A stretch of DNA of 64,000 bases from an uncultured Gammaproteobacteria bacterium (GTDB taxonomy: Bacteria; Patescibacteriota; Microgenomatia; Levybacterales; GWA1-39-11). How positions within the stretch are numbered: the first letter of the stretch is position 1; each line of letters opens with the position of its first letter. This document shows positions 1 through 9,400 of the stretch, piece after piece. The stretch spans positions 5,333-69,332 of the forward strand of contig CAYVKP010000004.1 in assembly GCA_964452165.1 (NCBI GenBank), given 5' to 3'. The notes beneath the pieces are model-generated. The model saw only the letters and a program-made list of their open reading frames with translations, did no database searches and had not been told where the DNA came from. A program made the translations under genes and the position numbers.

Positions 1-56
1 AAATGACAAGGGTGAAGACGAATTTGAAGAAATTGAGGTTTAGGAAATTGATTTTT

Positions 57-66
57 GTTGTATAAT
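57..66 (+). promoter_or_regulatory. Extended -10 promoter-like box (TTGTATAAT) 11 nt upstream of the ATG at 78; implies a near-leaderless transcript
   Basis: Sequence tttttgTTGTATAATcccc read directly; no -35 assessed. Confidence 0.35.
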
Positions 67-77
67 CCCCATTTACT

Positions 78-818
78 ATGTCAGAGAGGCTTATTCCAAG
101 AGTTCTTGGAAATACGATTACAAGATTTAGAGATGCAGCTGGTCTTAATAGATATCGAGAAATATATACAGAAGAAGACTCGAGTCATCCCCTCCCGCTT
201 AAACAAAACTATAAAAATGGCAAACTTATTGGAATGACGGTTACTGCGTATCCTTGGAGCGAGGATAAGAGACTTTTTACCGATTTTACTCCTTCCTTCG
301 CTGAAGGCCCATGTAGCGTTGTTGGGGGTGGAGCCTATAAAACGGCCATTGCGGATCAGGGTGGAAGAAGCGATAAGGTTATTCTTCTTTATAACTGGCA
401 CGTATATGAAAGGCGCGAGGAGGCAGTTGCGGCAGCGAATAAAATAGGAGCGGTTCTTGATATGGCAAGTCAAGTCGCGCCAGGATACGTCTTGCCGTTC
501 GAGATGAAAGTTGACGAAATAGAAAACGGGTTTATGGTTTGCGAGATCCAACAAAGAGCTGAACCATTATCTATCGATCTTTTCGATCCCAAAACTGCTG
601 AAAAACTTGAAAGAGAAGCCGAAGAAACTAACTTCGATGGAACTCAAAGGCTTTATGACAGATTATTTAACGCTGGAATATCCCAAGCTCAAAACCACTT
701 AACGAGGTCGCGCGACGACTACTCATTTACAGAAATCTGCTGGGATCTTATAACCAACCACTTGGTTTCCCTAGATGTAGTTGATGACGTAGAAACAGGA
801 TTCGAACAGGTTCAATAG
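78..818 (+). CDS. Hypothetical protein (246 aa)
   Basis: Long ORF in an AT-rich context with a promoter-like box upstream; no recognisable motif. Confidence 0.5.
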   Translation: MSERLIPRVLGNTITRFRDAAGLNRYREIYTEEDSSHPLPLKQNYKNGKLIGMTVTAYPWSEDKRLFTDFTPSFAEGPCSVVGGGAYKTAIADQGGRSDKVILLYNWHVYERREEAVAAANKIGAVLDMASQVAPGYVLPFEMKVDEIENGFMVCEIQQRAEPLSIDLFDPKTAEKLEREAEETNFDGTQRLYDRLFNAGISQAQNHLTRSRDDYSFTEICWDLITNHLVSLDVVDDVETGFEQVQ

Positions 819-825
819 TCAAAGT

Positions 826-834
826 TGGTATAAT
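826..834 (+). promoter_or_regulatory. Extended -10 box TGgTATAAT 6 nt upstream of the fmt ATG (leaderless-type start)
   Basis: aaagtTGGTATAATatcctaATG read directly. Confidence 0.35.
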
Positions 835-840
835 ATCCTA

Positions 841-1677
841 ATGAAAGAGAAAATTGTCTTTTTTGGTGCCGGACCTTATGTTATCCCCGTAATTGAAGCG
901 TTAAGTAAAAATTTCGAACTCGTGATGGTTGTGACCAGCGAACCCCAGGGACCAACCATTTCATATTGTCAATCAAATAAGATTAATTATGTTTTTGTAA
1001 AGAATTCCTCCGAAATTTTAAAACATGAAGCAGAATTCAAAGACATTTCAGTTGCGGCACTTGCTTACTTTGGGATAATAGTCTCGGGTGAAGTTTTAAA
1101 ACTGTTTCCACTTGGAATAATTAACATTCACCCTTCCCTCTTACCTGCTTACCGAGGCCCAACTCCCGGCCAAGCTGCGCTTTTGAATGGAGATAAAACA
1201 ACCGGAGTATCAATTATGAAAATCGATTCTAAGGTGGACCATGGACCAACACTCTCACAAGTCGAGGAAAAAATTGAACCTCAGGATGACTCCGAAACTC
1301 TATATGCCCGACTTTTCAAAATTGGAGCCAATCTTCTTGTTAAAACAATACCAAAATATATTTCAGGCGAACTCAAACCAAAGGAACAAGATCATTCAAG
1401 AGCAACCTATACTGAGCGCGATCTTAAACGCGAATCAGGTTTAATAAAATTGGATGAGTCACCAAATATCGAACGACTCGACAGAATGATCAGGGCGTAT
1501 TATCCTTGGCCCGGCGTTTGGTTTAAAGCAAAATTGAACGGTTCCGAACGGATTGTAAAATTATTACCCAATCAAAAAATTCAAGTGGAGGGTAAAAGCG
1601 TTATGAGTTTAAAAGATTTTGGCAACGGATATCCTGAAGGCAAAGAAATTTTAGACAAACTCCATCTTAATGACTGA
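841..1677 (+). CDS. fmt: Methionyl-tRNA formyltransferase
   Basis: N-terminal Rossmann-like KIVFFGAG, then the formyltransferase signature INIHPSLLPAYRGPTPGQAALLNGDKTTGVSIMKID (the HPSLLP..RG motif). Confidence 0.8.
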   Translation: MKEKIVFFGAGPYVIPVIEALSKNFELVMVVTSEPQGPTISYCQSNKINYVFVKNSSEILKHEAEFKDISVAALAYFGIIVSGEVLKLFPLGIINIHPSLLPAYRGPTPGQAALLNGDKTTGVSIMKIDSKVDHGPTLSQVEEKIEPQDDSETLYARLFKIGANLLVKTIPKYISGELKPKEQDHSRATYTERDLKRESGLIKLDESPNIERLDRMIRAYYPWPGVWFKAKLNGSERIVKLLPNQKIQVEGKSVMSLKDFGNGYPEGKEILDKLHLND

Positions 1678-2704
1678 AAGAAATTACGCAATTGATTTTA
1701 TTCGTCTTGCTTCCATTATTGGAGTTGTTGTAATTCATACATCAACTTACTACATTGATAGAACTCCCCCGTTTTCATTTAATTTTTATATTCTACACGC
1801 AGTTAACCAAGTTTTTAGATTTGCAGTTCCTGCGTTTTTTGGGATATCAGGATTTTTACTCGCCCTAAAATATTCAAATATAGAATCTCCTCTCAAGTTT
1901 TACAAAAAAAGATTTTCAAGAATTCTGGTTCCTTATTTAATATGGACTCTTTTCTATTTTTTGATAATTTTCCCAAATCCCATAAAGTTGGTCTTATCCA
2001 GAATATTTCTAAATGATCTAATAACGGGAGACGCTTCTTACCAACTTTATTTTATTCCTGCAATAATTGTTTTGTATCTTCTCTTTCCTCTCATCGTTTA
2101 TTTCAAAAAGATATTCTTAACTAAATGGTTTATTGTTTTTTTGGGAGTTATAGAAATAATAATTCTATCCTATGTCTATTTCTACGAACCGAAAATATCA
2201 ATTATATCTCCTTTACCTCTTGGTTTTTACAATTTACTCCCATTTGTTCTAGGGATATACTCTGCCACCAGAATAAAAGATTTTAAAAGATTTGTCATCA
2301 ATAATAAAATTATGTTCTGGATGGTATCGATAACTTCAGTCCTTGTAATTTATTTTGAATCAATTTTCATGTTCCACAAGACAGGTAAGCCAATGTATTT
2401 AAGAGATCAATGGAGACCTAGTGTTTACGCTTATGGACCTGCTACTGCGGGCATTATTTATTACAAGTACCAAGACCGTTGGAATAAGGTCGTATCTTAC
2501 CTATCAGGTTTTACTTTTGGAGTTTTTTTTGTTCATGCGGCAATTCTCCACAACCTCTTGATTATATTTTACAAATACAAACTGTATGGTTTGACTTCTT
2601 TTGTGGTTAGCCTGACAATAACAATAGCTCTTTCTTTCTTATTTTGTATAGTACTGTCTAGAGTAAAACTTGTAAATAATATTTTGGGGTTAAGAGGCAC
2701 TTAA
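1670..2704 (+). CDS. Acyltransferase family 3 (OafA-like) polytopic membrane protein
   Basis: N-terminus IDFIRLASIIGVVVIHT followed by about 10 predicted TM helices, typical of acyltransferase_3. Confidence 0.55.
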   Translation: MTERNYAIDFIRLASIIGVVVIHTSTYYIDRTPPFSFNFYILHAVNQVFRFAVPAFFGISGFLLALKYSNIESPLKFYKKRFSRILVPYLIWTLFYFLIIFPNPIKLVLSRIFLNDLITGDASYQLYFIPAIIVLYLLFPLIVYFKKIFLTKWFIVFLGVIEIIILSYVYFYEPKISIISPLPLGFYNLLPFVLGIYSATRIKDFKRFVINNKIMFWMVSITSVLVIYFESIFMFHKTGKPMYLRDQWRPSVYAYGPATAGIIYYKYQDRWNKVVSYLSGFTFGVFFVHAAILHNLLIIFYKYKLYGLTSFVVSLTITIALSFLFCIVLSRVKLVNNILGLRGT

Positions 2705-2926
2705 AGCGGCGACCACAGGAGCTTCTTTTGAAGCCTTAACTTTTTTAACTTTCTTAAGAGTTTTGATGCAATTTGCGCATAATTTTACGCTAATTTTTCT
2801 TCCATCAACTTCAATCCTTTTTTTTTGAATGTTGGGACGAAAAGCATGGTTGCTTCTATTTTTTGCATGGGAAACGCGGTGTCCCCAAGAAATCCCCTTT
2901 CCACAATTATCACACTTGAATGCCAT
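2690..2926 (-). CDS. rpmB: 50S ribosomal protein L28
   Basis: 78-aa basic protein; C-x2-C ... VSHAKNRSNHAFRPNIQ matches the L28 pattern; sits downstream of rplJ-rplL. Confidence 0.7.
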   Translation of the reverse strand: MAFKCDNCGKGISWGHRVSHAKNRSNHAFRPNIQKKRIEVDGRKISVKLCANCIKTLKKVKKVKASKEAPVVAALSAS

Positions 2927-2975
2927 AGGTAGTCATTATACTAATTTTGAACTCAAAATTCAATCTTCTCATATA

Positions 2976-3011
2976 AAAAGATCCTCCCGGAATTTCCAAA
3001 GAGGATCTTTT
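2976..3011 (-). terminator. Rho-independent terminator/attenuator hairpin between rplL and rpmB (11-bp perfect stem AAAAGATCCTC/GAGGATCTTTT)
   Basis: Inverted repeat read directly; on the minus strand the stem is followed by TTTTTATAT. Confidence 0.5.
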
Positions 3012-3034
3012 CACTAAACAAATGAAAACGAACT

Positions 3035-3427
3035 CTATTTGAGTTCTACTGTTGCGCCTGCGGCGGTAAGTTTTTCTTTTGCTTCATCTGCTGTTTTTTT
3101 ATTGACTGCTGTCAATACTTCTTTTGGAGCTGCATCAACCAAATCTTTTGCTTCTTTAAGTCCCAATGTAGGAGCCAATTCTCTAAGTGTTTTTATAACT
3201 CCGAGCTTGTTTGCTCCGCTTGCTTGAATCCATACATTAAATACTGTTTGCTCTTCTGCCGGTTCTCCAGCATCTGCTGTCCCGCCTTGCGGAGCTTGCA
3301 TAGCCGCCACTGGTGCTGCTGCTGTCACTCCGAACTTCTCCTCAAGAGCTTTGACTAATTCGGATAAATCCAAAACAGACATTTCTTCGATAGCTTTTAA
3401 TAAATCTTCTTTTGACATCTTTGCCAT
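3035..3427 (-). CDS. rplL: 50S ribosomal protein L7/L12
   Basis: [34 protein letters not shown], an Ala/Pro hinge, and the C-terminal domain ...[16 protein letters not shown]. Confidence 0.9.
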   Translation of the reverse strand: MAKMSKEDLLKAIEEMSVLDLSELVKALEEKFGVTAAAPVAAMQAPQGGTADAGEPAEEQTVFNVWIQASGANKLGVIKTLRELAPTLGLKEAKDLVDAAPKEVLTAVNKKTADEAKEKLTAAGATVELK

Positions 3428-3428
3428 A

Positions 3429-4001
3429 TTAATTAGTCACCCCCTCACCTGTTTGCGAAGCGACCGGTGCAGGTGTTGCAATCGGTGCTGCCGCTTTTTT
3501 CTCCTCAATTGCTTTGAGCAATTGAGCGAGTTTCACGATGTTGGCGTTTAAGCCATAAACAAAATTTGAGATAGGTGCATTAAGCGTACCGAGTAATTTT
3601 GCGATCAAGACCTCTTTTGCCGGAAGTTTTGAAAGATCTCCTATCACAGATTCTTCAATAATTGAACCTTCAAAAACTCCGAACTTAATTTTTGGGAGTC
3701 CGTACTTTTTTACAAATGCGGTTAAAATTTTTGCCGTTTTAATTGGGTCAGCATATGAAAATAGTGTTGCGTATGGACCCTGAAGTCGCGCTTTTGCATC
3801 AATGCTTTTTTCCTGCAATGCCAAATTCATGAGAGTATTTTTGATAACTGCAATTTCTGAGTCATTGTCTTGAAGCTCACGACGTGCCTCCTCAAGCTGT
3901 TTGTGTGTAAGGCCTGCGTAGTCAACGAAAAACATGGCGGTAGCTTTTTCTACCTTCTGTTTTGCTAGATCTAAATTTTGTATGTTTTTCTGTGATGGCA
4001 T
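3429..4001 (-). CDS. rplJ: 50S ribosomal protein L10
   Basis: Immediately upstream of rplL; the N-terminus ...[25 protein letters not shown] is L10-like. Confidence 0.85.
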   Translation of the reverse strand: MPSQKNIQNLDLAKQKVEKATAMFFVDYAGLTHKQLEEARRELQDNDSEIAVIKNTLMNLALQEKSIDAKARLQGPYATLFSYADPIKTAKILTAFVKKYGLPKIKFGVFEGSIIEESVIGDLSKLPAKEVLIAKLLGTLNAPISNFVYGLNANIVKLAQLLKAIEEKKAAAPIATPAPVASQTGEGVTN

Positions 4002-4157
4002 AAAAAAACGCTCCTTTTCGAGCGCAAATGCGAACCCTTATGTTCGCTTGCCTCGGTAGGTCTTATTTGTTAGTTCACATTGAGTGAAACAAACGTGCCT
4101 ACTGTCTTAGGAATAAAGTATTCTAACAAAACACCGAAGTTAAATCAACAAGCAAGA
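4002..4157 (-). promoter_or_regulatory. Structured 5' leader upstream of rplJ (candidate L10-leader autoregulatory element)
   Basis: 156-nt non-coding stretch with hairpins (cgagcgcaaatgcgaaccc...gttcgcttgcctcg) directly 5' of rplJ. The assignment is by position; no covariance model was run. Confidence 0.3.
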
Positions 4158-5702
4158 CTAAAAGATTTTTCCAAGAACCGGAAGTTTCTTATCAAATCCC
4201 GTAAAACGCTCAACATCTGCCCTTGAAATATTCATTAGATCGTCTTCTCTCTCGCCCTCGGGGCAAAATTGCTTATATAAAATAGGGAGAAGGATAGTCA
4301 TAAATTCTCCAATTGTTATTGACTTGGTAGCCTGAATTATGCGCCTCCAATTCTCAGGGTCTTGATAAAGATACATGTCCATGCCACTTGCTGAGACTCT
4401 TTCTCCCCCGGCCTCAACAAAAGCCAGATGGGGCCTAAAGAATACAAAATCATCGGTTACAACATCTTGAGATTCCTCATGAGACTGCGTATCACCGAGT
4501 TCCTCGGTCATCTTCATATAGGCTTCTTTCATATCTGTTAGATATGTCGTTTGACTCGCTCCTCCACCCAAAAGGAGACCGTAGTAGAAGGAGAGAACAA
4601 TGAAGGTTAAAAGAAGACTTGGAATTAGCTCTTTGTTACGAATCGCAGATTCAATTGCCTCAGGTGTCAGAGAAACCGAATATGATCCGTCTCTCGTGAT
4701 TAATTTGTCTCCATCTCTCCCAAGTTGCATTCTGTATCCCTCCTTATTTAATCCCCAGAACAAAAAAGTCCCTGTCTGTTTTTCAGATTTAAAAGCACCA
4801 ATTATTCCATCAAAATATTTCTCTATCAAGGCATGATAATTTTTATCAAAAATAAGCCGACTGATTGGAGTATCTGCGTGAATGTGATAATCGAGCAAAA
4901 GCTCTAGGAGCACCTTCTCTTGCGACAACATAATATAGTTTGGAATTTGGTCACTTGAGAACGACGGGAAAAGCTTCTTCCACAAATGGTAGTTGGTTAC
5001 TGTAAGCTGATCTACGTAATCAGATTCTGCAAATGCATGAGGATTCATATAAACATCTTCTATAAGTGACTTCATTTTCGAAACATTCACCTCAGACTCC
5101 CCTTCTTTTGCAAAAGTATCGATTCTTTTTCTCATCTCCTCTATGTCATCGAATGTATAGGCGGGTGCATACAAAACCATTCGTGGGTCAACACTTCTGC
5201 CAAAAAATGGAAGCTGCTCATCTTCAAGTTTTTCTCCTCTGTATGCATTGAATTGAAATCCTCTTGAGAACGACAAATCGTTATTAAACGATACACCAGA
5301 GCAAGCGAGAATAATTAAATTTCTGAAGCGAGGATCAGCGTTGTTAAACAATGGAACAGAGCTATGAAGACCGGCATTAAGCATATGAGCGGTACCGATT
5401 GGTGCGGTGTGCTCGGCTGTTGAAACGCTATCGTTTCGCTTTAACTGTTTCTCAACCTCATCTGCAAGCGCCGTGCCAAGCAGCCTTGTCACCTCTTTTT
5501 TAATAACTGCGATGATCTCTTTCTTGCGTTCCTGAAAATGCTTGCCGGGGTTTGTCCTATTTTTTTGCTTGACATATGAATAGTAAGACATCTGGCCATA
5601 TCTATCCTTGATTTTTCGAATCTGGGGACGATTCTCCATTATCTTTTCTTCCATGCGATTGAGCATGTCCAAATTAACAGCAGGGGAAGGATTTTGATTC
5701 AT
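4158..5702 (-). CDS. Hypothetical protein (514 aa), orphan
   Basis: Long uninterrupted ORF; no motif recognised. Confidence 0.5.
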   Translation of the reverse strand: MNQNPSPAVNLDMLNRMEEKIMENRPQIRKIKDRYGQMSYYSYVKQKNRTNPGKHFQERKKEIIAVIKKEVTRLLGTALADEVEKQLKRNDSVSTAEHTAPIGTAHMLNAGLHSSVPLFNNADPRFRNLIILACSGVSFNNDLSFSRGFQFNAYRGEKLEDEQLPFFGRSVDPRMVLYAPAYTFDDIEEMRKRIDTFAKEGESEVNVSKMKSLIEDVYMNPHAFAESDYVDQLTVTNYHLWKKLFPSFSSDQIPNYIMLSQEKVLLELLLDYHIHADTPISRLIFDKNYHALIEKYFDGIIGAFKSEKQTGTFLFWGLNKEGYRMQLGRDGDKLITRDGSYSVSLTPEAIESAIRNKELIPSLLLTFIVLSFYYGLLLGGGASQTTYLTDMKEAYMKMTEELGDTQSHEESQDVVTDDFVFFRPHLAFVEAGGERVSASGMDMYLYQDPENWRRIIQATKSITIGEFMTILLPILYKQFCPEGEREDDLMNISRADVERFTGFDKKLPVLGKIF

Positions 5703-5830
5703 ATTTTGTTTTGAGGCCGCTATACTCGCCTTGGAAAGAAGTTGATTTTTCTATGCGATAACGCTTTCGTAGTAAGACAATTATACAGCTTTTAAGGCTA
5801 AAAGTCCATATTGACAACCGGCGTAGTTCT

Positions 5831-5838
5831 TGTATAAT
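5831..5838 (+). promoter_or_regulatory. -10 box TGTATAAT 17 nt upstream of the tRNA-like gene
   Basis: tcTTGTATAATtcatcttcgtagttaat precedes GGAGGGG. Confidence 0.35.
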
Positions 5839-5855
5839 TCATCTTCGTAGTTAAT

Positions 5856-5948
5856 GGAGGGGTCGCATAGCCGGCCCATTGCACCCAACCGTTTTCGGGC
5901 AAGTGTTCCGCTTGACGGAATCCGTACGTTCGAATCGTACCCCCTCCG
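5856..5948 (+). ncRNA. tRNA-like gene (93 nt) with canonical acceptor, D- and T-arms but an aberrant anticodon domain (variant tRNA or tRNA pseudogene)
   Basis: Acceptor GGAGGGG/CCCCTCC (7 bp) with discriminator G. U8. D-stem GCA/TGC with A14 and G18G19 in the loop. T-arm GTACG-TTCGAAT-CGTAC. The 41 nt between the D- and T-arms cannot form a 5-bp stem with a 7-nt loop in the standard register (see findings). Confidence 0.45.
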
Positions 5949-6003
5949 CACGTTTTTACCCTTCACCTTGCCTAAAAATCCCTGACACTGTATTATTAAT
6001 TCT

Positions 6004-7110
6004 ATGCGTATCGCAATTGCCGCCAGTCTACTCAAGGCAATCACCTCTGGGAGCACGGGAGGCACTGAAGCCTTCGCCCATCTTCTTGCCGAAGGCCTAG
6101 TGAAACAGGGAGTTGATACTACGCTTTTTGCAACGTCCGACAGCAAGACAAGCGCAAAACTCGTATCGGTCTGTAGTTCCACCCAAACCACTGATGTATA
6201 TGAGGGAAATGTCGAAATAAGAATGCCCTATCAACTTTTGCAAAGCGCGGAAATCATAAAGCGCGAAAGCGAATTTGATATTATTCACAATAATTATTTT
6301 GGATTTTTTGCCATGACCGCATTCTCACAATTTACAAAGCTTCCCGTTGTCACTACTATGCATAATCATTTCTGGCAATATCCCAACCTAAAAAAGATTC
6401 TGACTGAGACTGTTGTTAAGGGAAAGGATATTGTAGTGTTTCCTTCTCGCGCTTCCCAAAATTACGACAAAGGCCTTTTTGACTCAGAAGTTATTCTTCA
6501 TGGAATAGACATCTCTCCTTTCCCTTTCAATGCAAAATCTGAGGATTATTTTTTATTTTTAAGTAGATTGGTACCTGGCAAGGGAATAAAAGACGCGATG
6601 GACGCAGCAACCGTTGGGAGATTCAAGCTTCTTGTTGCGGGAGGAAAAGCAATTCTACCTGATGACAAGGAATTTATTGAAAAGAATGTAGATCCTTATT
6701 TTTCAGAAAGCATAGTGTATGATGGGGTTCCGGATGATACTAAGCGTCTTGAGCTTTATCAAAACGCAAAAGCCTTAATTTTTCCAACTCGTCTTGAAGA
6801 ACAGTTTGGACTGGTTGCGGCAGAAGCAATGGCTTGCGGAACTCCTGTTATCGCGTACAACCATGGAGCCCTTGCTGAAGTTGTTGAGGATGGAAAAACC
6901 GGGTTTATTGTTGATCCCGATAACGAAGACCGCCCCGGAAAAGGGTCATGGATCATTAAAAAACAGGGCGTTGAGGGAATTGTTGAAGCAGTAAGTAGAA
7001 TTGGTGAGATCGATAGGAATACTTGTCGCAGACACGTCGAGGATAATTTTACGCAGGAAAGAATGATCAAAGACTATATTAAACTTTACGAACGGTTGTT
7101 AAATAAGTAG
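6004..7110 (+). CDS. Glycosyltransferase family 4 (GT1-type fold)
   Basis: C-terminal EQFGLVAAEAMACGTPVIAYNHGALAEVVEDGKTGFIV (E-x7-E motif of GT4). Confidence 0.75.
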   Translation: MRIAIAASLLKAITSGSTGGTEAFAHLLAEGLVKQGVDTTLFATSDSKTSAKLVSVCSSTQTTDVYEGNVEIRMPYQLLQSAEIIKRESEFDIIHNNYFGFFAMTAFSQFTKLPVVTTMHNHFWQYPNLKKILTETVVKGKDIVVFPSRASQNYDKGLFDSEVILHGIDISPFPFNAKSEDYFLFLSRLVPGKGIKDAMDAATVGRFKLLVAGGKAILPDDKEFIEKNVDPYFSESIVYDGVPDDTKRLELYQNAKALIFPTRLEEQFGLVAAEAMACGTPVIAYNHGALAEVVEDGKTGFIVDPDNEDRPGKGSWIIKKQGVEGIVEAVSRIGEIDRNTCRRHVEDNFTQERMIKDYIKLYERLLNK

Positions 7111-7116
7111 GTAAAA

Positions 7117-7518
7117 CTAGGCCAATTCTTCTGGCGCCCACTCACCTTTGTCTTTTTTCACGAAAACTCCAATTACTGGAACCTTGTTGCTTGTAAATTC
7201 TTTTATGAATTCTACGGCTCTCTGAATATCTTTTTTGTGAGTCGCATCATCCGTGGGATTACCAGCGCAATCCTGATGTCCGTCAACAATTATTCCTTTT
7301 GAACCATGCACGTTGATCGATAACAAAAGTTTTTCTTTGAGATCGTCAAAATATTCCGGATCCTGATTTTGAGCAATCATTTTCACAAAACCTGCATCGG
7401 AAATTTTATCCGGATATTTTGCTTTAAATTTTTCTTTTCCGAAGGTGGTTGTTGCTTCCTGAACGCGTCCGTCCATACAACCAATTACTGTAAAAAAAGA
7501 TTCATCTGCTTGCGACAC
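7117..7518 (-). CDS. Short beta-carbonic-anhydrase-like protein (133 aa)
   Basis: TVIGCMDGRV (Cys-x-Asp-x-Arg) and DGHQDCAGN (His-x2-Cys-x-Gly) mirror the two zinc-ligand motifs of beta-class CAs; the length is shorter than canonical. Confidence 0.4.
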   Translation of the reverse strand: MSQADESFFTVIGCMDGRVQEATTTFGKEKFKAKYPDKISDAGFVKMIAQNQDPEYFDDLKEKLLLSINVHGSKGIIVDGHQDCAGNPTDDATHKKDIQRAVEFIKEFTSNKVPVIGVFVKKDKGEWAPEELA

Positions 7519-7551
7519 AAGAACCTATTATATAAGTGCTAGTAACAACTT

Positions 7552-8649
7552 TCAATATTTTATGGTAAATTTTCCATTCGAACTGCTAATAATTCCCGCA
7601 AGTTCCATTCCGGATAATATTACTGAGAGTTGAGAGATTGGAATCTTTGTCTCGCGAATAAGTTCGTCTATTGTTTTTTCTTCACCTTCAAGAGCATCGA
7701 GCACTTTTCGTTCCTCTTTTGTAAGTTTTAAACTTTTAATTTTATCGATTTGTTCGGAATTTGATATTTGAGATTTGAGATTTAACGAGTTCAAAATGTC
7801 TTGAGCATTTTGAACGAGTACGGCTCCTTGCTTTAATAATTTCAATGCACCACGGGATTGTTGGGAGGTAATTGGACCCGGGACGGCAAAAACTGTTTTT
7901 CCTTGACTTATTGCATGCTCTGCCGTGATTAGCGAACCACTCTCTTCTGCTGCTTCCGTGATTAAGACTGCCATTGAGATGCCAGCGACAATTCTATTTC
8001 TTGCCGGAAAAGTTCCGGGGTTAGCAGGCATTCCTAATGGATACTCGGAAACTACCAAACCGCGAGAATCCAGAATCTCCTCATAAAGTCTGTCATTTTC
8101 TCGCGGATAAGGACAGTCTACTCCGCAACCAAGAACTGCAATCGTCTCACCCTTGTTCTCCATTGTAGTCTTGTGGGCAATTGCATCTATGCCCATTGCC
8201 ATTCCTGAAACGATTATGAAACCTGATAGAACAAGTTCGCTTACTAAAGTTTCCGTAACCTGAAATCCGTAAGAAGTTGTCTTTCGCGCCCCAACTACTC
8301 CGATTAGCTTTTTCCCAAGCAACAACTCTTTGTTACCTTTAATATAAAGCCCAATTGGAGGACTATCGATTTGTGAAAGGCGAACCGGATAGTATTTATC
8401 GCCGAAGGGAATAAATTCTACTTTTGCTTTTTTGAGCCGTGCCAAGTAATCTTTAATGTCAAATGTCTTTCTGAATGATTCGAACTTTTCATAATATGCC
8501 TTCCCTACTCCCGCCTCTTTATATCTTTCCTGAGAACTTTCCTGCCATGCTTTTGCCGGTGATCCAAACAAACGAATCAAGTTCTGATAACTTTTTGGTC
8601 CAACACCAGTTGAGTTTGAAAATGCCAGCGCCGCAGCTCTATCATCCAT
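7552..8649 (-). CDS. dprA: DNA processing protein DprA (Smf)
   Basis: LIGVVGARKTTSYG ... SGMAMGIDAIAHKTT ... RNRIVAGISMAVLITEAAEESGSLITAEHA ... and a C-terminal winged-helix tail. Confidence 0.85.
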   Translation of the reverse strand: MDDRAAALAFSNSTGVGPKSYQNLIRLFGSPAKAWQESSQERYKEAGVGKAYYEKFESFRKTFDIKDYLARLKKAKVEFIPFGDKYYPVRLSQIDSPPIGLYIKGNKELLLGKKLIGVVGARKTTSYGFQVTETLVSELVLSGFIIVSGMAMGIDAIAHKTTMENKGETIAVLGCGVDCPYPRENDRLYEEILDSRGLVVSEYPLGMPANPGTFPARNRIVAGISMAVLITEAAEESGSLITAEHAISQGKTVFAVPGPITSQQSRGALKLLKQGAVLVQNAQDILNSLNLKSQISNSEQIDKIKSLKLTKEERKVLDALEGEEKTIDELIRETKIPISQLSVILSGMELAGIISSSNGKFTIKY

Positions 8650-8762
8650 GAAATAAGAATAACATAAGCAGTTTTCTCTTTCATTTTTCTTACCTCATAG
8701 TGCAAGTTGTCTTAAGCAAATCAGCCATAATTGTGGCAGATATAAGAAAGGAGGTGCAAAAT

Positions 8763-8972
8763 ATGGCAACAGAAATAGTACACGAACATGATCATACAGC
8801 AGGAGGAGATAGCTCAGGCGCAGTAGTAGGAATAATCCTACTGGCCATTCTCGTCTTATTCTTGGTTTATGCTTTTGGATCAGGTGCCTTCCGAGGTATT
8901 CTGGGTAATGGTGGGACCAACGTCCAGATTCCTGACAAGGTAAACGTCAACGTTCAAGGACCAGGTAAATAA
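8763..8972 (+). CDS. Small membrane protein (69 aa)
   Basis: AAGGAGG 8 nt upstream of the ATG at 8763; one TM helix (GIILLAILVLFLVYAF). Confidence 0.4.
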   Translation: MATEIVHEHDHTAGGDSSGAVVGIILLAILVLFLVYAFGSGAFRGILGNGGTNVQIPDKVNVNVQGPGK

Positions 8973-9400
8973 TATGTTTGAGGGGTATCAACCCCTGCAA
9001 GGAAAGCCTGTATCAAGGGTCTTAGTAATTGAATTAACGATCATATTCGCAGGAATGATGATGGCGCTTTACGTCTTTGGCTTTTCCTACGGATTCAAGG
9101 ATACCGGCGCTGCTCTTTCTTTTCCGGGGGTAGTAAATCACAAGTAATATTGCAGTCACATAATTTTTGTGGAATACTTGAGAGGTGAAGATTGACGAGC
9201 TGCTTAACAGGGTTACTGATTTCATCCTTAACTTTATGCCAGAAAAGTATAAGGAGCAGGTGAAAATTGTAGTGATCGCAATCGCAACCCTTGGAGTTCT
9301 TATTATTCTAGGAGCCTTCAGCTTCTCCATGCTCCACCAATTCTAACCTACTCCCGCTGACTTCATTGACAAGCTGAGCCCAACCTGAAATACTTTATGG

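Noticed and set aside
5781-6288. ORFs 5781..6191(-), 5879..6100(+) and 6097..6288(-) from the track
   Set aside because: They overlap the tRNA-like gene, its promoter and the 5' end of the glycosyltransferase; they have no RBS, and a confident GT4 CDS occupies the + frame.
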